This document shows, one piece after another, positions 11,381-23,331 of a DNA stretch of 64,000 bases (within the stretch, counting starts at the first letter, position 1; the number at the start of each line of letters is the position of its first letter). The translations under genes and the position numbers were made by a program. The stretch covers positions 89,280,001-89,344,000 of the forward strand of contig NC_043006.1 in the NCBI RefSeq assembly GCF_006345805.1, written 5' to 3'. This DNA is from Octopus sinensis (taxonomy: Eukaryota). The notes beneath the pieces are model-generated. The model searched no databases. It worked only from the letters and a program-made list of their open reading frames with translations, and was not told the DNA's origin.

Positions 11381-13539
11381 CTGAGCCTATATATGTATGT
11401 GTATATATAAAAACATACCATCATTGTCATCCTCATCATCAGCATCATCCTCATCACTTGACACCATTTTCCATGCTGGAAACAGAAGTCAGAGAACTGC
11501 ACCAAGCCCCAATCTCTGCTTTGGCATGGTTTCTACAGTTGGGTACCCTTCCTAACACAAACTACTTTACAAAGTGTCCTGGGTGCTTTTTATGTGGCAC
11601 TAGCAATATGCTTCCCATGCTGGCATGGGTCAGATGGGTCATCATGGTGCAATGATGATGGAGAGGTCATGTTGGAAAAGGGTTGGAGTATAAGCATAGG
11701 GAGAACTCAATAGCCTTGGGTATGTAAATTTAGTCAGGTGACCTAGGAGGCGGGGATGAAAGAAATGTGGAGGTAGAAGATATGGGAAGAAGCAGAATAA
11801 GCGAGAAGGTGGAAGGAGTAAGAGTGTTATGGAAAAAGATGAGGAGCACAGCATCCTTCAAAACTGTCATGCTTCCTGAGATTCGCCAACACTACATCTG
11901 ATTTTCTCCCCTCCATACACACGCAAGCATGTATCTGACTCATACACTGTTAACTTTCCAGACATTTGTACATTACTGCATGTGCTTTATACGCACTTTT
12001 TGACAAGTTGTAGTGCTCCTGAGCACTATATACAATAATTTCATTATTATTATTATTATTATATTTATGGGTGGATTCAGTAGAGAAATGATTGGCAACA
12101 GCAGGTAAATAAAGGGAAGGAGGACTGAAGATAATAAAAAATAAATGGAAATGAAAATCCCAGTAAATGTGAGTTTCACATGGTTATCATTATCATACCA
12201 TAATGCAATGATTTTGGTTTTAAATTATAATCTCTTTTTTTTTTTCTCACAAGTAATAGTTCCTGACCTTACTTAATTCTTACCCACATTTGGAAATTAA
12301 GACATATATCAAAGAACTCTTTAGATACACAATCATGACAGGCCTATGATCATTCCTAAAACATCAGCTGTTCTAGCAAGTATTTAAGATTCTTTTTGAG
12401 ACCACACAGATTTGGGATTTCGGTAACTATAATTTTCAACATGCAAACCGGGACAATAGTGGAGATATTTTTCAACATGAATATGGAAATGAATCTCATT
12501 ATCATATTAAAAATCTCATTATCATATTAGAGACCCCATTATTATACTCAAGTTTGACAGAAATCAGCTTCACATAGTTATTCTCATGTTTTAGTGTCAT
12601 TCATTTAGAAGGAAACTCTGATGAATTTTACAGTAATGATGCCACAAATCATAATTCTCCATCTTCGTCTCATCTCTTTTTTCCTCTATCTCTCTTTCAC
12701 CTCCCTCTCTCTATTAATTGATCTCATTTTTAGTTGCTTATTACTTTTTTCTTTTGATCTTCCTCTCTCATGCTAGCTACTTTTCTCATTCCTTCTTTAG
12801 TTTCTTGGCCTTGCTAGCTGTTTCCCTTAGGCCTTCTCTTTCAGTAGTTTCATAATCTGAGTTTGAGTTTTAGTGTTGCAGTTGTTGTGTAGCCTCCTAA
12901 TCAATCCTGTGTGAACAAACCTATGATCAAAGCATCCCAGCCATGACCTTTACACATCTTATCTTTCTGTACAAATCTAGGACTACATTGGCTGGCCACC
13001 AAGTCCCTTAAAGGCATGAAATGAGGGACTTTGATTGCTGTTTTTAATGGCTCAACTGTGTAGATGTTCCATACATGTGTATGATCTCCTCCTAATCATC
13101 ATCATCATCCTCCATCACCACCATCACATTTCATGTTGGCATGTATTGGATGGTTTAACAGGATTCAATGGGCCCAAAGAATGCATTATGCTCTAGTGTC
13201 AGCTTTAGCATGGTTTCTACAGCTAGATGTCATTCTAACTATTTTACAGTGTGGTTTGGGATTTTCAAGCCGTCAGCATTACTGAGGTTTCATGAAGCTC
13301 ACAAGCTCTATTTCAGAATAAAGAATTATATTTCTTTCCATGTTCTAACACACGAAATATAACACCAATCTGTTGTCATTATGCATTCTGGTTTTAGAAT
13401 AGATACATCACATCCCTACATGTCACTATGAATCTCACTGCCGAGACAAGTGAAGCAGTCCACAAGTTCAACATTCTCACCCACAACTATGACAAAATGA
13501 AGTCCTGCAAGAAGCCAACAACAAATTGCATCTTTGTTT

Positions 13540-13860
13540 TAATCCAAGAGACTCTAAAGCCAAGTTGTACTGCTTCCCCATTCAATGAAAAGAGAGCACT
13601 CCTTAAGACATTCAGAGGCCAAACTTTATTAAGATTCTGGGATAAGTTCGCAATACTTTGATGTGAATCCTCTTCAGTTGCTGTTTCCACAGCATCATTA
13701 TTGACAACAGTTGGTCTTCCTGATTGATACCTGTCCAAAAGATTGAAATCACCCATTTCTGAATTTGTTAAACCACTTTTGGCATTTTCAAACACTCACA
13801 CCATCAGGATGTACAGTATATGTGTTTTCCCTTACACATGTTACAGTGTTGCCCTTATGA
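13540..13860 (-). pseudogene. Mariner transposase N-terminal (HTH) remnant
   Basis: QKWFNKFRN, a +1 frameshift, then GDFNLLDRYQSGRPTVVNNDAVETATEEDSHQSIANLSQNL. This matches the mariner WF..F..GDF.L.D..RSGRP pattern. Confidence 0.75.
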
Positions 13861-14569
13861 ATCTCACAAAGTATCTGGTGCTGAATATGCGGCTTACTGA
13901 AGTCCTTGTCTTCCAGGGATTGTTGCATAAAACAACTACAAGCTCAGCACAGAAAGTTGATTTAACCCATGCCATTGTGGAAAATCAGATGTAAAATAAT
14001 GGTGAAGATTCTCCATAGTTTTAGTAACCTTTTTCTCAATTAAAAAAGTTAATATCTCATATGAGACAAACTTAGAGTCTAGCTGAAGAATTGTCAGAAC
14101 ATGTGATTTAAATCCCAACTCACTGGTTAACCTCAATTGCATAGTAATCCTATCTCAAACAGATAACAGAATTCAAGTATGATGAACTGAATGCTGTAAC
14201 AAAAAAATGTCCTAATAAACTGAAAATTTCTCAGTGAGTGGAGAAATAAAACAAGTAACCCAACAGCAAGTGTTAGTTATTTTCAAAGAAAGAGAAGGTA
14301 ATTTAAATCCTTCATATAATTCCAAGGTTTACTACCAACAAAAGTCCATACATAATATGGATTTTGATTTGAAGGTCAACTTGTTTTCAAAACCTCATAA
14401 TACCATATATTGTGCAAATAGTATTCTTTTCGTTGCTGATTGAAAGAGTCATGAAAGTATTGGAGAGAATGTTTGATAGAAATTGTTTTCGACTTTCTGA
14501 GTCATGTGTTATTAAATTCCATCAAAATCTTTTCTCTTTTTGGTGTCTATAAAAACGTAACAATCCAGG

Positions 14570-14700
14570 GGAGCGAACTGGTGGCAGAGTAAGAACATTG
14601 AACTGGATGCTTTGTAGCATTTATTCTCACTCTTTGCAGTATGAGTTCAAATTTCACCAAGGTCTCTTTGGATGGTAGACTTAACTGGTTGCTTGGGTCC
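14570..14700 (+). mobile_element. Degraded tRNA-derived SINE head
   Basis: tggcagagt...gagttcaaatttcaccaaggtc. It is homologous to the reverse-strand SINE at 50900-51130. Confidence 0.5.
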
Positions 14701-14829
14701 ACACTACTTGTAGTTACCTTAGGTCCCTTTAATAGAATCAAATATGTTGGAAGTATTCAAATTGGGTTTCCAGTTAAAGGATATCAACCCCCATCCCAAC
14801 ATCTACTAAGTTACTAAGTCTCTGTAAAA

Positions 14830-15260
14830 AGCCATGGGTACAGCCTTCCCATCCATGCATCCATCCATTTTCGCTGTCCCCTGTTCCTGGGGGTACAGTC
14901 CTCAATCACCTCTACAGTAAGATTCTATCCAAAGCAACTGTCATTATGCTTTGCAGCTGGATACCCAAGCACAGCCAACTGAAACTATAGATAGTATTCA
15001 ACCATCTTGTTCTTGGTCTATCCCCTGGTCTTCTGCTGATTAGCTCAGCTTGAAGAATCCATCTTGTGATTATTTCCTGTAATATTCAAACCACATGTCC
15101 ATCGTATCAGAGCTGTGACCTTCCAATATGGAATAAGTAGCAAGTTGACCTGGAGAGATTCTTTGGTCTCTGAGTTGTGCACCATCAAGTAACATCACTC
15201 TAGACATCCTTCATGGTAACCCCATTTTGGCCACTTGTATTCCTGATTGTACATTCAATC
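14830..15260 (-). mobile_element. Degraded RTE LINE C-terminal fragment
   Basis: Reverse strand shows remnants of RTE C-terminal motifs (R.RWTCGLNITGN..QD, LRW.GH). It has many stops. Confidence 0.45.
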
Positions 15261-16293
15261 ATAATTGAGGAAAGGTATAAAAACTGAATTAAAGATAATG
15301 AGTTTGGCTTTTTTTATTAACCTCTCTTCTTCCGAGAATCAAATGCTGAAGCTGGAGTACCACAGTGCCAGCATCCGAAATACAATCCAGTTCAACCTAC
15401 CCGTCCTTCCTGACTAAAAGAAAAAAAATATGTATTTAATCCTTATTTTGTTGAAAAAATAGGGCATATTATACTTGGAGATTTGTATGTAATATGTAAG
15501 TAAATGGCATTACAACTAATGTTAAGATTGTAAACATGATAACAATGTATAAGAATAATATAGCATGAGAACAGTGAGTGGTGAATGTCAAAATAATGGT
15601 AAAATTTGATGTCAGCCTATAAAATATCTTATTTCTAAATGTAATTAAAGTCAGTTAATACAGCAGGAATGAGAGAGACAGAAAGAGTACAGAAGTATAT
15701 TAATAGGACAGTGTGGATACATATATAATAGTAGTTCTTAATTAATAGAAGCACCATATGGACTTTTTTTAAAGAAAATGCAAAAAAAAAAAAAGAATTA
15801 AAACAAAACAAATGTCAGATTAGCAATACATAATTTTTTCAAGTAAAATTTCCAAGTGAAAATTATAATTTTCCAGTAAAAAATCCAAATTCAAAATGGA
15901 TTTTCAATGATTTCTGAATATAAACAAATAATAGAATAAACAGACAAACACTAAAAGAATAAAAGAAAAGAGAAAAACAAAAAAGCAATAAACAAGAAAG
16001 TATTCATGGAATTTTAATCTGTGATGGGATTAAGTTTACCTCTTACAAGGTAGATTTTTTTTTTTGAAGAGAAATTAAAGATTTACTCTTTTCATAATAG
16101 AATCAAAAATAAATTCCACAATAAAGCCGAAAAAAAAAAAAAAATCAGGCTCAAAAATAAAACAGAACAAAAAACACAATAAATTTGAAATTGGTTGTAC
16201 TAAAATCATTAAGATTTTTTTAGAGAAAATATTGTTGAAATCATTCAGATTATATTTAAATGAAAATAGGCCTCTAGAGTAATAATAATGATG

Positions 16294-16345
<52 letters not shown>

Positions 16346-16895
16346 GATGATGATGATGATATATATGCACACAAATAGATATATATATACATGAAAATAT
16401 ATATATATATAAATATAAAATAAAATAAAATGTATTGTTAATGAACTGTAGTTATTTCAACTATCTTCTTTTTATATCTTGTTTTATTTTGCTTTTTTTG
16501 TAAAAAAAATTTCATTTTGAGTTATTTGAAGATCCCAATTATTGAAGAAGAGTGATAGATTTTCCTTTTTTTTTGTTTCTCTTGAATTGTAATGTGACAG
16601 TGAAAAGATGTTTCTTTCTTTTCACTTCAATCAACTGAAACCTGATAACAATTTATAGCGAATAATTCTATGAAGAAACTCAATAAAAACTGTTTCGTAA
16701 TTTTTCATCAATAAATTTATAGCTTTTTAATAGATGAACGAAGGCTATAATTTTGCTGCTTTAGTGAATGGCATTTCTCATGAGAGAATTATGGTTACAC
16801 TGTCTAAGAATTCTTGAAAAAAAAATACTATAAATATTTTTGGAAAATATTTTTTGATTTAGGTTTAGAAAAGGGGAAAAAAAATTATTTCCTAC

Positions 16896-16983
16896 CAAAT
16901 CAGTAATGAAAACATCTACACTGTGGCTGGCAAGTGGCAAATGACAAGCATCCCATTTGAAAACATCGATACCAAGCTGAGGC
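16896..16983 (-). CDS. THUMPD3: Internal 88-bp exon of a THUMP-domain tRNA (guanine-N2) methyltransferase, THUMPD3/Trm11-like
   Basis: Strong acceptor ttttctttttactttctAG and donor GTagga. The exon encodes (1 nt)+PQLGIDVFKWDACHLPLASHSVDVFITDL, which from memory aligns with THUMPD3 LPIDAVQWDICNLPLRTGSVDIIVTDL(PFG). THUMPD2 cannot be excluded. Confidence 0.75.
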
Positions 16984-17713
16984 CTAGAAAGTAAAAAGAA
17001 AAAAGGTATAGAAAGACATGTTAAACAGATGAAGGAACATTTCAAGTGCAATATAAAACAATATGGCATAGATATTGATTAGTTTCCTGCACTTATTAAC
17101 ACTATCTCCTTGACAACAGAAATGCTTCTTAAGAACAAATATCCAATACAATATAGAGAAAGAAAGTAAAAAAAAGGAAAGGTGAGAAAAAGAAAAGCAA
17201 AACTAAAATATTCAAAGTATGCTTCATATAGAACTGTTCAAATTTAGAAATTGACATAAAAAAAACATGACATATTCAGTATTTTTACTAGAAACAGATA
17301 AAATTGGGGAATGTGATTATGATTTTGTAGTATAACGAAACTGTATATTCCATCTGGTAAAAAGTAGGAGGAAAGAGTCATTATAAAGAAACCAGTCATC
17401 AAGAGAGGGTTTGGAGTCAACAGTTCTAGTTGGGGGGTCTTGTGGAGGTATCAACGATAGTAAGACAGGAGAAGTTAGTGTATTACTATTCTAGTAAGAA
17501 GAGATACAATGGCATCTGATGACTAGGAACTATTGTGGCTACTACAGTACAACAGCAGTCACACATTACATGAGTGGGAGGAACCCACTTTACAACAGTG
17601 GTAACAAGGAAAAACAAATTGGCATGGAGTGAAAAGGAGAGATTCACACGTGGAAAATTAAATAACTCGACAAAAGAGAAACAAAAATCTTGTGCAAATT
17701 TATGAAAACTGTA

Positions 17714-17910
17714 AAATATAGAAGACTTGTTAGCTGGGGTGGTTGAGTTGCAAAAACAGCAACAACAACTCAAGGAGCAATGAGAATAACAACACGGAGT
17801 GCAGCAGCAAATGTTAAAACTAATGAAGTTAATTTTTATCTGACCATGTAGCAAACTCAAATATGACCCTAAAGAAGGAGTAACCTGCGAGGCTTACTTT
17901 TGGAGATTTC
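17714..17910 (+). pseudogene. Gypsy-type LTR retrotransposon gag remnant
   Basis: IEDLLAGVVELQKQQQQ...SKLKYDPKEGVTCEAYFWRF resembles the gag F.YDPE.G.TF..YF.R motif. Confidence 0.5.
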
Positions 17911-17966
17911 TTCTCCTTTATTGCGCTTAAAAAGCACTAAGAATTTTTGGGACAACCTGATATATA

Positions 17967-18336
17967 CAGGGGTTGAACAAAATAATGGAAACACCTAGCA
18001 TCATAATTCTGAAATATCTATAAGACTGTCAAAAGCTCATTTATTTTTATGTTTTTTGATTTATTATTAGTGTTGCTTAATATTTTTTACTAAAATTGCT
18101 TTTTCTTTTCAGATATCAACAGAAAAAGGTAATCAAAATTCAATAAAATGACAAATCTGTTGGACTTTCAAAGAGGTCAAATTGTTGGTGCTCATATGGC
18201 AAGTACTAGCATAATGAAAACAGCCAAATTGTTTGGTGTATCAAGAAGTACTGTCTTGAAAGTAATGACAGTCATTGAGAAAGAGGGAGAAACCTCCTTG
18301 TTGAAACAAAACTTTGGAAGAAAACTTAAACTTTCT
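17967..18336 (+). mobile_element. Tc1-family DNA transposon, 5' fragment
   Basis: TA followed by the TIR CAGGGGTTGAACAAAATAATGGAAACACC. ORF from 18148 reads MTNLLDFQRGQIVGAHMASTSIMKTAKLFGVSRSTVLKVM...GRKLKLS (Tc1 HTH). Confidence 0.88.
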
Positions 18337-18680
18337 ACATGCATACCTATGTATCCCCTTTTGGATAAGAAGCATATGGAATATAGAAAAGTAATACCAA
18401 AATTTTCTAGTTTTCTGTTTTGATATGTTATTACAATGTAATAAATATTTTCCAGTATTTAATATTCTCCAGTGTTTCCAACTCTCATATAGATCATAAT
18501 ATCTATGGATATACATTGCAGAGCTGGGATATGCAGATGTGCTTTAAGAGAACGCATTGGATTATAACCCTCTCTCTCTCCACACACACACATATTCATT
18601 ATTAGCAATGAAACCGGTATTAGTTCAGAGTAGCATTTGGTAATATATGAATGCATACATACATACATACACACACACAC

Positions 18681-18712
<32 letters not shown>

Positions 18713-19179
18713 ATGTATTGGATTGGTCAAAAATGTCCATTTAGTTTTTTAAGCAAAAATAAGATGCAAGTTTTAAACATAAAGCTTTCTTGACAGAGGA
18801 AGGTTGTTGAAACTTAATGTCTTTTTCTGTTCCAGGATCTGGGTTATGTTTTAATTTCCTTATTAGTGCAGTTTCAAAAGACTTGAAGATTTTTTTCTAG
18901 GATTTCTAGGGAGAAAAATTTGGAAAAATATGGTCCTGGAACTCCTAAGACTGAGGGCTCAATTTCATGAAGAAAAAAATAAATGTAACTGATGAAGTGA
19001 TGAGAGTGGAAATTGCTTAGAAAGCCAAAGATGGGGGGGGGGGTACAATGACTGGTTTAATCAGTATGAAGAAGAAATTTAAAGAAGGATATCAATCAGA
19101 TAACCCATTCTTGACAAAAATTAAAATTCACCCACACACCACAAAATTACAACATAAATGAAATACAGAATAATATCCA

Positions 19180-19870
19180 GGAATTTTGTTGAAAATTACA
19201 GGTTGTTGAAGAACTATTTGACATAGAAGCCAACAACTAGTCAATGCTTCAAAATAAAAGTAAAGTCTGACAAAAGGAGAAATCAAACTTTGGACAAATT
19301 TTGAGATTTAATAACAAATTTCCCCTGTAATTTACAACCACATCTAAAACTCAAATCAAATGCAAGTTGAGAAGAATGGGAAATCATTAATGATCTCAAG
19401 GGTGATTGCAATATAGTTATTAAAGAAGCTGATAAAAGTAGTGCTGTAGTCATTATGTATTTGGAACAATACATAAACACAACTCTTACTCTCCTTTGAG
19501 GCGACTATTATGAAAGAATTAACAATTACAAACAATCCAAAATAATGACGAGGCTCACTACTCTCATCCAACAGTTCCAAAAAGATTTCACAGAAAAAGG
19601 AAAGAGACGTCTAAACAAGATTTGACTGCAAAACTAGCAACTTTTATGGACTTTCAAAAATCCACCTGAGTAAAGCCATAAATAAAGCTTGTAGCTGTTC
19701 AGCCTCATTAGTTATTCATATTCCATGTCGCAGAGATCTGAAAATGAGACCAGTTGTGGCTGGTCTCTCTTGTGAGACACACTGACCAAATAACTTCATC
19801 GACATACATTTAAAACCCATTTATCAGCATATACTGAGTTTCAAAAGAGATGACTTGGACTTCCTCATGA
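19180..19870 (+). mobile_element. PLE copy 2, 5' RT fragment
   Basis: NIVIKEADKSSAVVIM and DLKMRPVVAGLSCETH are homologous to the 214-1800 ORF. The fragment has stops and frameshifts. Confidence 0.85.
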
Positions 19871-20767
19871 ATACAAAATAGAAGTATAGCAGTATTAAGC
19901 TACCTTGAGCTTTCTCTTAGGTTATATTATTATAGTATATCCTCTAATTAGTTTTGTTACAGTAATGTAATGCTATTTATTGTTTTCTATTGGGAAATAG
20001 ATTATTTTATTTGGCTTTTTTGAGTAAGGGTGAATATAATGATTGAACATCACTTATAACTTAAGTGTTATCATTATACACAAATCCGAGATATAGTATA
20101 TAATGCCATAGAGAAATATACTCATGAAACGCTATGAATATTAATGACATGTATGTATAATATTTTCTTCGTGTTCATTTAACCGCTATAAAAAAATATA
20201 ATTTAATGATTACAGAAATGCATATTTATTTATACTCAGTTGAAAAAAAACGTGAAGAGAAACATTTTCTTAATTAGTTTTATTACAGAAATATAACATT
20301 TTATATTATGTACATGTGAAAGGAAAGATAAATTTCGTCGTGTAGAAGTACGACTATATATTCACTAGTTAACTAATAGATTAATCAACAATTCAAAATA
20401 GACTTGTGATTTTCTTTGGACATGGCATGAAAATCACCAATGTCTCAAAGGAGTGAGTGTCGTGGAGTTCAGTTACATCCAACAAACACTAAAGTTTTTC
20501 CAAAAATCCAGGGTTTTTATAACTGCTCAACTTGACTTAAAAGAATCGAAATCCATTACAAATATTCTTTACATAACTTTTTAGAATCTTTATATGAGCA
20601 GTTATAGTAACCAATGGAAAAAACGAAAATAATAATTCTTCGGCAATACGACATTATGTCATATTGCCAATTCGCGCCGTATTTCAAAATAGCTAAAATG
20701 GCTACTTGCTACAGAAGCTATACAATTCTGTCTGGGAAAATGGAAAAGGATTTTTCATTGAAGGAAA

Positions 20768-21895
20768 CCCTTTCGTTACTATATTTCTGACCAAAATACA
20801 CTCCTCATGAGTTTCAATTAAATTCTAAAATAATCATGAATTTAGACTAGTTTCATTAAATAATTGTAACTTTTTTACTTATCAACATATTAGTGTGATA
20901 TTTGGAACATAATTAAAGAAAGGGTTCTTAATCAATTCTATTCATAACTTTTGTCTCAAAGTGACTTTAATTACAGATAAATCCAGGTAAACTGAGCAAG
21001 CTTATATTCAATTGGGTATGCAACAAAATTTTGATATAGAAGAATTGTGCACATCACTGGATCATCAGTTGAATTTAATGCACAACAGAACAGGTATACC
21101 ATAAAGGTGAAATAAACTGAAATACTGGAATCCACTTAAATCCACCACAAGTTTGACCGAACTAAAGAAATCAATCAAAAAATAATATACGGCCCTGGTT
21201 ATGGTATGGAAATGATAAATTCCAGACCACATTGTACCCTAGACCATGCTGGCCAACATTATTTTCCCAGTATAAAAACTAAATCACGGCAGTACTTAGT
21301 ATTTGTTTCACAAATTTTCCAAACTTTGATCCCCCATTTTGTGTTTGTTTACATTCTGCATAAGTTTGTTTCAGCAGTGATCGCTTCAAACAAGCATACT
21401 GAAAAAAATAAAAGTCTAATGGTTTTGCTCCCTAAGAAAGACTATAGATAAACTCTATCTCCTCAGAAAAATTGCTAATAAAAACATTTTTAAAGTTTTT
21501 ACTTCATTCTGATGTAAAATCGTCTTTGCTGTCGCTATCGCTGCTTTGTTTCTTCAGAATCGCAGCTCTCTCTCTATTTTCCGTTGAAAAAGCTTTAAAT
21601 TCGGAATCAATGCTTGATAACATGAAACTCCTATCCATTTTCAAAGTTGAAGAAAAATCGATGCCGAAACAAATGTGGAAAAAAATCTTCCAAAATTCAC
21701 TGAGTTCAGATATCAGGTCAAGCAATGTCGGATACTATAACCCAACTATTTACAAAGTGAAATCACCTACTTTCACAAATGTACTAACGAGATTTGGGCT
21801 TGAATTCACATTTAAATAACAATGGGTACTCTCGGCCGGCTACGGCCGGGTTGGTCTTATGAACCAAAAAGCTTTTTGGCTGGCTACGGCCGGCC
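20768..21895 (-). mobile_element. piggyBac-like deletion derivative (copy A), right TIR lost
   Basis: Begins CCCTTTCGTTACTATATTTCTGACCAAA like 22247. Reverse strand reads MDRSFMLSSIDSEFKAFSTE and HGLGYNVVWNLSFPYHNQGRILFFD..SSVKLVVDL (piggyBac DDD core). The GC-rich subterminal repeats match 23260-23315. Confidence 0.75.
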
Positions 21896-22242
21896 TTCAA
21901 AATAACTTTTTCAATTTTAATGACAGCACCTACAGACAAATATTTGGTACTGTGATAAGAATGAGTGTAGTCCCTGCTTGTCATAATTTTGTCATAGCAT
22001 ACTTAGAAATCCAAATATACAAACACACCAGATTGAAATTTGGTGACAACTTCCAAAAATACTTACCAGCTGGAAATGCTACCTGGATGACTTTTTCATT
22101 TTAGGGTCACATAATCTTGATCAACTCTTGAAATTTAAAAACTTAACATTAACCACAATGGAATACAGTCACAAACAACTACTCTTTCTGATCATTTAAT
22201 TACATGAACACTGAAACCAACATCTGCTTTAAAACAACAGAC
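21896..22242 (+). mobile_element. PLE copy 2, RT middle fragment
   Basis: NNFFNFNDSTYRQIFGTVIRMSVVPACHNFVIAYLE is homologous to NNYFIFDNDFYRQRSGTVMG...YLE. Confidence 0.85.
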
Positions 22243-22246
22243 TTAA

Positions 22247-23327
22247 CCCTTTCGTTACTATATTTCTGACCAAATTACACCCCTTATGTGTTTCAATTAA
22301 TTTCTAACGTAATCATAAATTTAGTCTGGTTTCATTAAACAACTATAACTTTTTTATTTATCGATATATTAATCTGATTTTTGGAATTTAATTTAATGAA
22401 ATATTCTCAACCAATTCTATACTATAATTTTTGTCACAAAGTGACTCTATTTGCAGGTAGATACAGGTAAATTCCACAAAATATAAAATTATTAAAATTT
22501 TGTTCAAACATCGCTATAGAAAATATTAGCTAATATTCAATTGGGTATACAACAAAATTTTACGATAGAATTTGTTATTCTGGGTAACTTTCTGATACCC
22601 ATAATAATATTTATGGCAAAATAGTCTTAATTTCATTTAAGGTTGTGGGAAATAACAAACTATCCTTTCTTTCGCTTTGTTTACGTTTAGCGTAACGGTT
22701 TGTTTTCACCGTAATGATTTCAAATAGGCTCATTCGAAAAAGTAAATAGAAATAGCCTAAGGCTTTACCCTTCTGGGAAAGTCTGTGGCTTGGTCCAGTT
22801 TCTGCAGAAAAATCACCGAAAGAAACAGTTTTTAAATTTTCACTCCATTCAGGTGCCAATTCGTTTTCTTTATCGCTATCGGAGATCTCAGATTCACTGT
22901 TTTCACTTTCGGAAAATGAAACATCAAATTCATTATCAAATACCATGTGCTTTTTTTTTTCAGTCATAGAGTTAGATTTATGAAGGTCTTCAGTAGAAAA
23001 TCCTTCGAATTCTGACTCGCTGCTTGATATAATGAAATTCGTATCCATTTTTTGTCAGAATTACAAATTTTGAAAACACAACAGGAACAAATTTCGGAAA
23101 AAAATCTCCCAAAATTCACGGAATTAAAATTACACTTCGATTATTGTACAAAACTGTAGTTGAACTGTTTACGAAGTATAATACGTGTTTTCACGAATGT
23201 ACTGAAGAGATTTGCTCTGATATTCTCATTTAAATATGAATAGGTAAATTCGGGCGGCTTTGGGCGGTTTGGTTTCATAAACCAAAATTTTTTTCGGGCG
23301 GCTTTGGGCGGTTTGGTAACGAAAGGG
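22247..23327 (-). mobile_element. piggyBac-like non-autonomous element (copy B) with TTAA TSD
   Basis: TTAA at 22243-22246 and 23328-23331. The 12-bp TIR is CCCTTTCGTTAC/GTAACGAAAGGG. ORF 23048-22611 encodes an acidic N-terminus and YFYLLFRMSLFEIITVKTNRYAKRK...TTLNEIK (piggyBac transposase N-terminal domain). Confidence 0.92.
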
Positions 23328-23331
23328 TTAA

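Noticed and set aside
18715-18780. Mariner-like TIR (attggattggtcaaaaatg...)
   Set aside because: I found no partner TIR or transposase next to it, so the similarity is too weak to call.
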